From Haplodiscus bocki (taxonomy: Eukaryota), in NCBI GenBank assembly GCA_965655095.1, contig OZ296648.1:190216001-190280000 (forward strand): DNA of 64,000 nucleotides. The letters run 5' to 3'. A model generated the notes under the pieces. The model was not told the DNA's origin and ran no database searches. It saw only the letters and a program-made list of their open reading frames with translations. Below, in pieces: positions 1 to 10,587 of the stretch; within the stretch, counting starts at the first letter, position 1, and each line of letters starts with the position of its first letter. The translations under genes were made by a program, and so were the position numbers.

Positions 1-183
1 ATACCGGCTATTGGTTTTGTTTATAAAGTCAGCCATATCTAATTTATCCAAACTAAAAGTATAGTTATTGCGTTTGACCACAGCTTTATTTGCTTCGTAA
101 GTTTTTCCAAGCAGGTTTGGCTCAATATTTTTCAGAAAAGTGTCAACTGTTCCTCGTTTTAACTTTTCGAAAGAAGTAGATAA

Positions 184-3100
184 AAGAATAAGAGTAAGAG
201 TAAGAATTTGTTTCTCTAATGGGGGGCAATTATAAAGTAACACAATTATAGACAACATTAAATATTCATACAACAAACAATACATGTAGATATACATTAT
301 AAATAGCACCATCCGAGGAGACCCTCCCAATTATGATGTTAAGACCCGAATACAGTAACAGCACAAGACAAGCAACTTCATTGAAAAAAGATTTTTGAAA
401 TTTGTTGTTTCATTATTACATGTTGCGTGTGTTTTAATGTTTTACGCTTGATTCTCATCGAAAAATGAACTGTACCCAAAGCTGTTTCCAAAAGGCACTT
501 GATAAGGTTTGCACCACTGTAACGCAGAGAATTATGACTGACAGAGCAGGATTCTTTTGGCAAAGAAAATAGGTTATGTTGAGCTCTTCTTGTTTGCATC
601 TCGGATAATTTGCGCTTTTATATCAAGTTGAGAAATTGAGTTGGTAGAACACCACAAACTGATTTTTAAAAAAAAGAGGCTCAAGGGTACAATAGTCATA
701 TACGTTTAATACATTTAATTCATCAAAAATTTCTACGGATGGGTATTAACCAGCCTGAAGTCAAATTTGTCTCAGTTGTTTTGTATTTTTAAATAGCTTT
801 TATCTGTTTTTTGAAGTGCAGCCTGTTTCAAGAGACCATATCCAATTATCAATTTATTTTAGTTACTATAAAACCGCAGAGGCACAGGCTTTTAAAGATA
901 GTTTCTTGATCCTGGCATTACTGAATATTGTTTTAATAGTTTTTTAAATACTTCAGCAATATGAAAACTAAATTTCATATGTTTATCGATTATATTGCCA
1001 AGATATTTTACACAATTAGTTTGCTTAATGACGGAATCTGACGAATGAATCACCTCTCCCTGATTTTTTGAGAAGTTTATGGCTTGAGTTTTATCGATGT
1101 TCAGAGCAAGTTTATAGACAGATAAACAATTCAGATTAATTTTAAGAAAAATTACAAAGCAAAAATTACTCATCCTGACTTTTGCGATAAATAAATCTCA
1201 TGTGGTCAGCAAAAAATTGAATCACGAATATCACAAGCACCTGGTAGATCACTGATGTATATTAAAAACAGTAGACGCCCAAGAATTGAGCCTTGCGGTA
1301 CTCCTTCCAGCAAGTACAAGAAATCCGAAAGTACATGATTTACCTGAACAAACTGACGTGGTTCTCTAAAATATGATTCAAACCACGTTAACGATTATCG
1401 GCTGACACCATATTTTTCCGGTTTAGCGAATAATTTTTCATGGTTGATGGAATCAAATGCTTTACGCAAACCAAGCAACATACATGTAAATGTATCAGCA
1501 CTCCTTTGCCTAATTTGTTCTGTAGTTTCAACAAGAGCGTCGAAAGTACTTCGTTTACAACGAAAACCAAACTGGTTCGAATAAGACACACTCTTCTTAA
1601 CGAAAAAAGAAAATAATCGTTCATACATGATTTTCTCGAACATTTGATTAATAGCTAGTAATATCGAAATGCATCTGTAGTTTTTGATAATCCTTATGTG
1701 ACTCAATTTCTGTAAAAGATATACTTTTGCTTCATTCAGACAATTCGGGGTTCAATCGCGTGACAATGGTAGATTTAGTGTTTCAATAAAAATGAAAAAA
1801 TCACCGGAAGTGAAGTTTTAAGCACTTCAGCTGAGGCACCATCATGTTCAACAGCTTTATTCTTTGTCAAATTACTTACCGTAATAGAAATCTGAGTTAT
1901 ATTGGTTGTGCAGGCAAACCTATTATCATCATTAGTATCATTATTTTTCATCCATTCTTTAGGTTCTTGTGTGGTTGGACATTCAACATTAGTTGCAAAA
2001 TTAACAATTTTTTTGTTGAGCCAACCCAAACTATAAGGAAAACTATAGGGGATTATATGGTATCTTTTTTGATCAAATGTATTCAGATTTGTTTTGACAG
2101 TTATTTCACCTGTCATTTCAATAAGTGGCTCAAAAAAATTTTCGGTTTATTCATTCAAAATGAAAAGACAGTTGAATATTGATAACATTCGGCTTATTTA
2201 ATAGTGACACTTGTCTTTTGGCTACTTTTCAGGAGTCTCAATTTAATCGAAGCCGTTTGTATATCTCTAAAGGGCTTCAATGCTTGTCTTTACTTATTGA
2301 TAGTTTTTTAAACTTCCTTTTCAAACCAAGGTGGTTTGATTTTTTTGTCTTTTTGCGGTGTTTTACAGAATTGCATAGTTCAATACTTTTTTGAATCAAT
2401 TCTAAAAAATGGTTGAATTTGCTCATCAGAGTCGTCAACAAGTTTGAGCACTTTCAGTTCATGAGAAAGTTATGCCAAAGAAATTTGTTTTGCATTTTCC
2501 CTATAATTAAATTGAAGAAATTTTAATGTAGTTCCAGTATCATCTTATTTCTTACAAGAGAATGGCAATTTCATGAAATTAGCACAGTGGCCAGTCAAAC
2601 CGGAATCAAGAATACCACAGTCAAGTTTTTCAAGGAATTGAATACGAATTATATGATCGATTAGAGATGCTGAATCTACGGTAATTCAGTCGTTGTTGCA
2701 GTCGTTAGTGATTGCGTCATTCCGTTATACTGCAATAAACTTGAAAAATCACCAGACAATATGTTTTGTTTCGGAAGATGAAAACTCAAATCGCCTAAAA
2801 TAAAAACTGGGGAGTCCACTGAATTAAAAATGTCATTTAGTGATAATCCAAACTCTCAATAGAGAATGTTTGAGGGGCGGAAAGCTGTACATGCAAACCA
2901 CAAAAAAAATTGGTTGTTCTTTTTGTTGCTTTAAATACTTTATGACATACGTTTGCTTTAGTGCATACGAACCCACATTTGATGGAATCGTGTACATAAA
3001 CCAGTACGCCGTCCTTTCTATTGAATGCAGGAGGAAATATCGGAGGCAAGTGTTTTTCCAAGTGCAACACTTGAAGCTCGGTTACAATTTGTATCCATGC

Positions 3101-4040
3101 TTCTCATAAACGAAAAGCAGAAGGGTTAATATTGCCAAAAGTTTCAAAAAAGATCTAAATTAACAAAATTTTTACTCAGTCAACAAAATTGACCTGTAAA
3201 ATCCATTTATTGCCCTTCCGACTGGTTTCAGTGTCTTTGATTAAATCTTTATCACTTTTAATTGTATATGTGGATGTGGTCGTTTCATTCGAAAAAGCCC
3301 TTGCCAAAAACGCACGTAGTCGCTCTGCAGAATCAACAATCTCTATGTCCCGTTTACGTAACGTAGATTTTTATAAAAGATTATATGCCCTTTAGCGTTG
3401 AACATTGTTAAAACTGCTTTTTCGTTAGAAATGTTAACATACTTTACGTCGGGCGCTGGCGAAGATTTCTTGCTAATTTTGCCCGCAGTAGTGTTTTATC
3501 GTCATCAATTGTTCTTTTTGGATGAGTTTTTTGAATTTTTTTTTGTATGTTAGAATGCGAATTGTAGTTTGACGTCAAACAAACTTTGCACTCAATGAGC
3601 GTGATCCTGGGTTTCTGGCGATGACACACACCGATATCTTGTTTGGATATAGTTACTCCGATATCGTTTGCCACCTCTACCTTACGCTGATCTACATCCT
3701 CATCATTAATCTCGGAAACAAAAATCCGTATGTTGTGACGTCGACCATACTGTTCATTTGAATCCGCACAAAACAAACTCGTAGTACCGGCGATATTTGA
3801 TGGTGGCGATGTTTTGCACTCTGCAAACCCCGAAGCAGCGCAAAATCCACATGAAAGGCGATCAATGAGGTTTCTGTGTAAACGTTTTTGCAACCATTTA
3901 GATATCTACGAAACACAATCTTTGCCGTCCGGTCCAGTCCCAGTGCATTGAATGAGATACATTGGCCAATATTTTTTGCTCTCTTTGTCTGTGACCGAAT
4001 TTCGCCGTGCTCTGATGGGCATACTTTATGAATCATATGA
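184..4040 (-). mobile_element. Degenerate CR1/L2-like non-LTR retrotransposon (ORF1 + APE + RT), fragmented by stops and frameshifts
   Basis: ORF1-type motif NEQYGRRHNIRIF (3444-3893). APE motifs DGVLVYVH and SASLIDHI (2650-3070). RT motifs YRCISILL, QFGFR, RKAFDSINH (1395-1706), GVPQGSILG (~1280-1305) and KYLGNIID (892-1173). A short AAGAGT-type repeat at 184-207 may be the tail. Boundaries approximate. Confidence 0.85.
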
Positions 4041-4340
4041 AACTATTTGATAAGTTTACGAAAACGAAATATGTTGTATAATCGACTTTATCATGAAGCG
4101 AACTCACAAAAATTCACTTGATTTACACATTGGATGGACTTGTAAACAGTTTTGTATTTGCTGATGACTTTGGGTGGACATGGCTTGTGAGATTTTTAAT
4201 TCGCTCGGATCCAAATTTTTGCTTTTCGGCAGCCTAGAACTTAGTGGCTAACAACAACTCAATCCAACGCCTAGTTTTACTTTTTTCTGCTATAAAATAC
4301 CCTTAAATCCCCCAAAACTCTCAACTTCAGAAAAAAACAT

Positions 4341-4400
4341 CTCAGATCGAAAACTTGACTGAAACGTTTTCAGTCTTATAGACCATCATCAGGATCTAAA
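4341..4400 (-). ncRNA. Candidate type I hammerhead ribozyme in the Penelope 3' region
   Basis: Minus strand reads tttagatc-CTGATGA-t-ggtc-tataa-gact-GAAA-acgtttcagtcaagtttTC-gatctgag. Core boxes are present, with stem II ggtc/gact and stem I tttagatc/gatctgag; stem III is weak. Hammerheads are an established feature of Penelope pLTRs. Confidence 0.6.
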
Positions 4401-4535
4401 AATATACAAATTGAAAAAGTTGTAGAAACTTTATATAAAAAGCACCATTAAGTGGAAAAAAAAGTTGAAACTGATAAGATATATAGACCGAGGAAAGTTT
4501 TATCAAGCCAAAGAATATTTTGGAACAATGATAAA

Positions 4536-6083
4536 TCACACTCTCAGTGTGAGCTCGCGCGTCCTGTACTCCTCCTTCTGGTTGATGGACGGCGCTCTCC
4601 TACAGATGTGAAGGGCTTCCAGAGTGAGCAGCTTGATATTGCTATTGGTCCTGTCGATGACGTTAATTTCGGCATCTTGCATCGTTTGGGAGCAGTTGCT
4701 CAGGTGACTTCCCACATGGCTGGCTGGTCTGGCGTGTTCCTGAGTTCTCGTCGTCAAGTGGCGGGTTGTTTGCCCAACGTAGCTGGATTGGCACCCAGGA
4801 CATGTAATTTGGTAGACGACATTACTCAGAAACGTCTTGGGGACTGGCGACTGCAGAGATGGAAGAGCGGTTTTGAGCTTTCGGGTTGTGAAAATAGTTG
4901 AGACTTCCACGGTTCTTCTCAACTTTTTTGCGAACTGATCGCTTTTATCGCCGCGGTATTGAAGAATAAGAGGCATGTTTTTTCCTCTTTCACAGGTTGA
5001 TCTTTCTGAATGGCTGATTGTTTTTTCAATGAGTATCTTATCTAATGTCTGACGGAGAATGGGTTTGTAGAATTGAGGTGGGTACTGATTCTCTTCCCAA
5101 GTCTCGGCTGCTCTTTTCATGCCTTCGGTGAAGTTTTCCCAGCTCGAGGTGGCATCGAAAATTCTATAGATTGTGCCCTCACTGATGTTCTTCTTGTACT
5201 TGACAGGCGCCAGTGCCCCGAGTTGGAGGATTAAACCTGTGTCAGTGGGTTTTTGGTACCACGAGGTGTCTATTTTCTCATTCAATAAGCGCACTTCCAT
5301 GTCCAGAAAAGGCATTGCGTTGTCTTTGAGGGTCTCAATGGTGAATTCCAAGTTTGGGTGCAGGTTGTTGCTGACCTCAAGAATGCGTTCAATGTTGGAT
5401 ACTTTGCCACTCCTCAGTATGTCGTCCACGTATCGTCCAAAGACTTTCGCATCAGGGGTCTCAATGGGGGTCGAGTCTTTCAACTGACACCCACATAGCC
5501 AATTCGTCTGCGATGGCAAGCTTTTTATCTCTGCTAATGTCAAACCTGCGCACTTTCTGTGGAACCAAGATCTACAAGTTGAGCATTGGATAGCATAACT
5601 GTTCTTGCTTACCATCTTTTCACACCCTCCACACCGATATCCCAAATTTTTCTGACGTGGCAGGCTGGGTGGTTGAGGTGCAGGATTTTCCACAGCAGTT
5701 TGGGCCTCATAATTTTTCAGCCAAACATTTGCGAGTATGACAGCAAGGGAAGCGCCCATAGCGACACCGTCTTTCTGGATGTACCAGTCTGACCCACTCA
5801 TGAACCACACATTGGTCACCGCAAATTCCATGAGCTTCTTGAAGGTGGGCTGTTGCAGTTCAGGGGGATTACTTGATGTGTAGAGTGCTTCGCAGGCCAA
5901 CTCGATTGCCTCGTGGACTGGCACACTCATGTAGAGGCTTTTTGCGTCCGTAGAGAAGATGGTTTTGTCCGACTCTAGTGCTAATTGTTCGAGTCTTTGC
6001 CTCATACCTTCAGTCGATGCCTCAATGTTGGTGGCCGGGACCTTATCAAAAAAACTTTGTGAGCCATTTATTGAGCCTGTCAT
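4536..6083 (-). CDS. Penelope RT/GIY-YIG polyprotein fragment containing an in-frame PHD-type zinc finger
   Basis: 515-aa open frame. The first ~10 aa are off-frame, and the true N-terminus lies upstream of a frameshift. YVDD is at 5421-5432 and the PHD-like block at 5487-5633. Confidence 0.88.
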   Translation of the reverse strand: MTGSINGSQSFFDKVPATNIEASTEGMRQRLEQLALESDKTIFSTDAKSLYMSVPVHEAIELACEALYTSSNPPELQQPTFKKLMEFAVTNVWFMSGSDWYIQKDGVAMGASLAVILANVWLKNYEAQTAVENPAPQPPSLPRQKNLGYRCGGCEKMVSKNSYAIQCSTCRSWFHRKCAGLTLAEIKSLPSQTNWLCGCQLKDSTPIETPDAKVFGRYVDDILRSGKVSNIERILEVSNNLHPNLEFTIETLKDNAMPFLDMEVRLLNEKIDTSWYQKPTDTGLILQLGALAPVKYKKNISEGTIYRIFDATSSWENFTEGMKRAAETWEENQYPPQFYKPILRQTLDKILIEKTISHSERSTCERGKNMPLILQYRGDKSDQFAKKLRRTVEVSTIFTTRKLKTALPSLQSPVPKTFLSNVVYQITCPGCQSSYVGQTTRHLTTRTQEHARPASHVGSHLSNCSQTMQDAEINVIDRTNSNIKLLTLEALHICRRAPSINQKEEYRTRELTLRV

Positions 6084-6322
6084 AGGCGCTTCCAGGCAAC
6101 GACAGAATAGGTCTCAGTGGGGTGTTAACTTTGTGTACTTTGGCTAATCCATAAAATCGGGCAGGTTGCGAATCATTACACTTTAATTTTTTGAAGAGGT
6201 CGTCATCTATTCCGCCATTTTTCAGCAGACTTCTCAGACTTTCATTCATATTATCCTATATTTCCAGTATGTTGTTCTTCTTGCTGGTTTTAGTCACTTT
6301 CTCAAATTGGTCACCGTTCAAA

Positions 6323-9085
6323 ATGTATGTATGTACGTATGTATGTATGTATGTAAGACTTTATTACTTTTCATAATGACTAAAAATTAAACAATATGGC
6401 AAACTAAAAATTATAAAACATATTCATCTAATGCAAATAAGCGTTTGAACAACTGTTTCACTCGAGGTTTGAAGATATTAGGCCCATCGAAAGAGTTGAG
6501 ATTGTGCTCCTTCATCAACCAGTTTGACAGGGGAACAATTCGCTGGAAAAAGTGATTGTCGGCCTGCTTTGTACGAGTTGAATTAACCTTGAGAACGGGC
6601 TTCAGGGTAGATCTGGTGTTGTAGTAAAAATTGTCACAGGGGTATGTGATCGATAAAAAGTTGTGAAAATCAAAATCGTACATGCCATTTAGGATTCGGT
6701 TGAGAAAAAGCAGATCATTTATTTTCAGGAGAAGATTTATAGGAAGTAAACCAGACGCGATTAATATAGTCTTGTATGTGGCACCCTTGCATGTCCACTT
6801 TGAGACGTTTTTCTGGAACTGTTCTAATTTAGATAGGTCTTTCTGGTTCGGGGACCAAACTTGTGACCCGTAAAATAATTTTGGCAAAATATAGGTCATA
6901 TACAATTTGATCTTGATTTGGCTATGTAAATGTGGCGGTAGACATCTTCTTAAGGATATAATTCTAATGTAACATGCTTTTGGACGATCAGATATGTGTT
7001 TTGGCCCAGCTAAGTTGCTTGAAAAAGATAGACCGAGACCAACCACGCTTTTTTGAAGAAAATTCTCATGGTCATCCAAGATAAGAATTGGAATATCTGA
7101 AATGTAATTTTGAGACCGAAAATCGAATGAAATGAGCTGTGTCTTTTTGGCATTGAATGATAATTTGTTTACCTGAGACCACTAAGAAAGTGCTAGTATA
7201 TCATTTTGCATTTCTAGAGGGTTGTTATGAATAAGTTTAAGATCATCGGCATTCAGGAAAGTTTTTGAGTGCGATACTTGGGTTGGCAGGTCATTGAAAA
7301 AAACCAAGAATAAGAGTAGACCCAGAATTGATCCCTGAGGCACACCACTGGTGACTGGTAATGACGCTGATATAATATTGTTGAGTTTAACACATTTAAC
7401 GCGATTTGTTAGGAAGCTCCATAGCAAACTTAGCAAAGATCCTCCAATACCAAAAAGGCGTAATTTTGCGAGAAGCGTCGCGTGAGATACGCTATCAAAT
7501 GCTTTTGAGAAATCAAGATAAAGTGCATTACAATCTGTATTTGTGTCAACGTTATTGTAGATAGCCTGCAAATAAATTATTAGTTGTAGCACCGTGGATT
7601 TGCGTCTCATAAAACCAAATTGGGAGCCGGATAGCTGGGCGGAGAAGAAATCATAAAACTTTTTGAACAGTAAGCGCTCAAATACTAAAGATAATTTTGA
7701 TAAACAAGAAATTGGTCTCTAAATACATATCGATTCGATATTACCAGATTTATGAAGGGGTGTTATTATAGCTTGCTTCCATTCGTTTGGCCAATATGAG
7801 TGAATTAACAAGTTCTTTATTAAATTATGGTAACGGATTCCCAGTGCATTAGAAGTCTATAAAATGAAATCACCACTATTAGCATATGTACTAGAACCAC
7901 GTTTTGTTTGTCGTAAGCCCTTTTCGACGTCTTGAATTGTGAATTCGATATTGTTTAAGGTATTTTCAGAGAAATCAGAAAATGGTAGACTATCTTTCTT
8001 GAAAACACTGCAAAAATATTTGTTGAAACCATTTGCTTTCTTAAGATCATCAACTAGGATTTCGTCGTTTAGAGTCATACAAGCTGGTAATGTATTGCTA
8101 CGTTGGAAAGAATTAATCAGTTTATAGCAGTCATTAACGTTCAGATTTGCGTCTACAATATTTTCAATGAATATATGGGTATCAAGAGCAACAGATTCTT
8201 GTACATTGGTGGTTAATATCTGAACTGATGGTCTGGGAATATACGTTGGTTGTCAATTGTTTCTTCTTTGTGTAGTATGGAGCTTGTTGAGCATATGAAT
8301 AGTGTGCGAACTGTAAAAGCTAGGAAATTGGGTTCTTCTTTGCCGCTTACGTTTGAAGAAGGGTTGAATAATGGAGGTTAATTCTCCAATCCAGTGGGAA
8401 TAATAAGCAGTCGTGTCACGTATAAAAAAAAGAAAATAAATTAGATCCGATACACTGATTTATTTTCGGGTAATCTGGTTTAAGGGATAGCATAGGCTGA
8501 GATGTAGATTCGCATGAAGAGTGTGTTCTTGGAATGTCGAACTCAACAAAATAGTGATCAGAAAATGAATTTTCATCTATAGTAAAGTGCGTTGACCCAT
8601 AATTTATAAGCACACAGTCGAAAATTTTTCGAGATTGATGGGTGGGTGAAGGAATAATTTGTTCATACCCGTTTTTAGTTAACATTTCGAGGAATAAGGG
8701 ATACTCTGAAGTAGTGCTTTCAGTCATGCTGTTCCAATCGATTTTTGACATGTTTAAATCACCACAAATAATAATGTTGTCACATTTGGCTTTGGAAGTA
8801 GTTTTATCGATATTATCTGTCAGAATAATATCTTTGATGCGAAAATCACTGGTAAATGGTGGATTGTATATGGTAATAATAAGTACATTGTTATAGATGA
8901 CTGAGCACATAAAATCGGCATTTAGAGATACTTTGCGCACTTCTAAACATTTTCTTGACAGAATTAATACACCGCCGTGTGAACCAGTATTTCTTTCCGA
9001 ACGATTTATAATTGAATAATTGTCGTCAGGAAAAAGGAAAAATTTTGTGTAAAATTTTCATCCAGCCAAGTTTCGGTGAACAAAC
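6323..9085 (-). mobile_element. CR1/L2-like LINE ORF2 (APE + RT), degenerate, with (ACAT)n tail
   Basis: TETWLDE (~9060-9080); IYNPP, IICGDLN and SDHY (8416-8940); LDFSKAFDSVSH, SGVPQGSILG and ADDLK (7182-7610); C-terminal region 6411-7079; (ATGT)n microsatellite at 6323-6354. Confidence 0.88.
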
Positions 9086-9829
9086 TGCAATTCTTCTTCC
9101 TGATTTGCCTATCAAAGTTACCCAACCGTTCCCTACTTCCTCTATATCTTTTTCATCACCGGAATGTAGAAAAACAAGGATATAATTATTTATATCGCTT
9201 AGGATTTGGGATCAATCAGTTAAATTTTTAAGAAAATGAGGTTTAAGATGTGTGAGGGTGAGTTGGTTTAGGGTTGATGTTAGCTACTATTCTCCAGGCT
9301 ATTTTTCCGAAACCTCCATAATAAAATCCGACCAATCAAGACCTGAAAAAAGGACCACTTCCACCAGTGTGGAAAGTATGCCGGTGCTAGCCGGCTGTCT
9401 TGTGTAATAAAATGTACTTATCATTAGCCTTCAAGTAAACTAGCATATTTTTCCGGTCTGTCGGATTAATTTTTCAATCTCTCAGAGACCTGATAAAGAT
9501 CCGCTGACGTTTTCTTCTGGATTCGGAGTCTCTATTATCACGTTGACAGATTAAAGCATGCAAGTGACTGTAGCGAACAACTTGATGAACTTACTTTCTT
9601 TCGGAATGATCATCATGGCGCCGTAAGCGAAACACAATGACCGATTTTCATTTACTCGCGTTTTATTGGCTCGGTACTTCCATTGGCTGTCTTCGTTTTT
9701 TCGGCAACAACGTCAGAAAAATTTTGATACTTTTGAAAAGCCGAGACACGGTTCACTATTTCCTTTCTTTGTTGGATGTTTCGAACTATAGCCAACTACT
9801 ACACTATCGAGACACTAAAGCCATCAATT

Positions 9830-9899
9830 AGAGCTGGAAGGATTCGAACCTATTCTGCCAAGTCGAGACCTAGTGTGCTGACCATCCCGCTGCAGCTCC
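9830..9899 (-). pseudogene. tRNA-like sequence (tRNA pseudogene or SINE head)
   Basis: 7-bp acceptor stem GGAGCTG/CAGCTCT and B box GGTTCGAATCC, but the T-stem and anticodon arm are imperfect. Confidence 0.5.
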
Positions 9900-10587
9900 A
9901 ATTTCCAAGCAATCCGTCTAAACCTTAGTACACACGTAGTTGTTGATATAGAGCCATTAAATGTGAAAGTTTCTTTTGGCAGCAATTTTGCTCGAGTGTA
10001 CTACTTTCCAGTCTTAGGAGCATACTGCAACGTTCAATGATCCCATTTCTATCATCTCTTTACTTGTCGCTGGTTATCCTTCAATTCTTTTGCCCTTCTT
10101 TGCGGGATCATTTTTAAACAATCTTGAACTTTTTCAAATGAATTTTGTGATACACTGTGTACAAATCCACTATAAAATTAATACATTTGGTCGGAAAATT
10201 TCATTATTGGTAATTTATTTTTGAAAAATTTCATTAACATTGAGTTGATGTAACTCTTTATTATTATACAGCTTCAGGACCTCATATTTTTCAATCAATG
10301 CTGTGACAATAATTACGATATTGATTTCCTGTCACTTGTATTCATGAAATCAGAATCTAAGTACCTTCTTCGAAATGCACAGACGTTCTCGATGCCCCTT
10401 ATAAACAAGGAGAAAACATATCATTTTTATTTTAATCGCGTAATTTTAATGGTAAATTAAATGGAAAGTATACATTGTGTAAACTTTTTCAATGATCCCA
10501 GTATAGTAAAGAAGAAGTTAAAACCCGTTATATGGAACTATTTTATAAATTCTTATGAGCGACAAACCTGAAAACGTTTCATTAAAT

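Larger units (their letters stand above)
4341..6322 (-). mobile_element. Penelope-like element (RT + C-terminal GIY-YIG endonuclease), 5'-truncated
   Basis: RFYGLAKVHK..PLRPI (6046-6249) joins ORF 4536-6083 through a frameshift in an A run near 6050. That ORF has DAKSLY, GVAMGASL..ILAN, RYVDD, MPFLD, WYQKPT and the GIY-YIG motif VVYQITCPGCQSSYVGQT...EH...LEALHI..PSIN. Confidence 0.93.

Noticed and set aside
4452-5792. Plus-strand ORFs 4452-4901, 5173-5487 and 5586-5792
   Set aside because: Antisense shadows of the Penelope ORF.
9830-9899. Functional tRNA genes here and at ~17400-17630, 30820-30895 and 50526-50597
   Set aside because: Stems or anticodon loops are defective; treated as tRNA-derived repeats.
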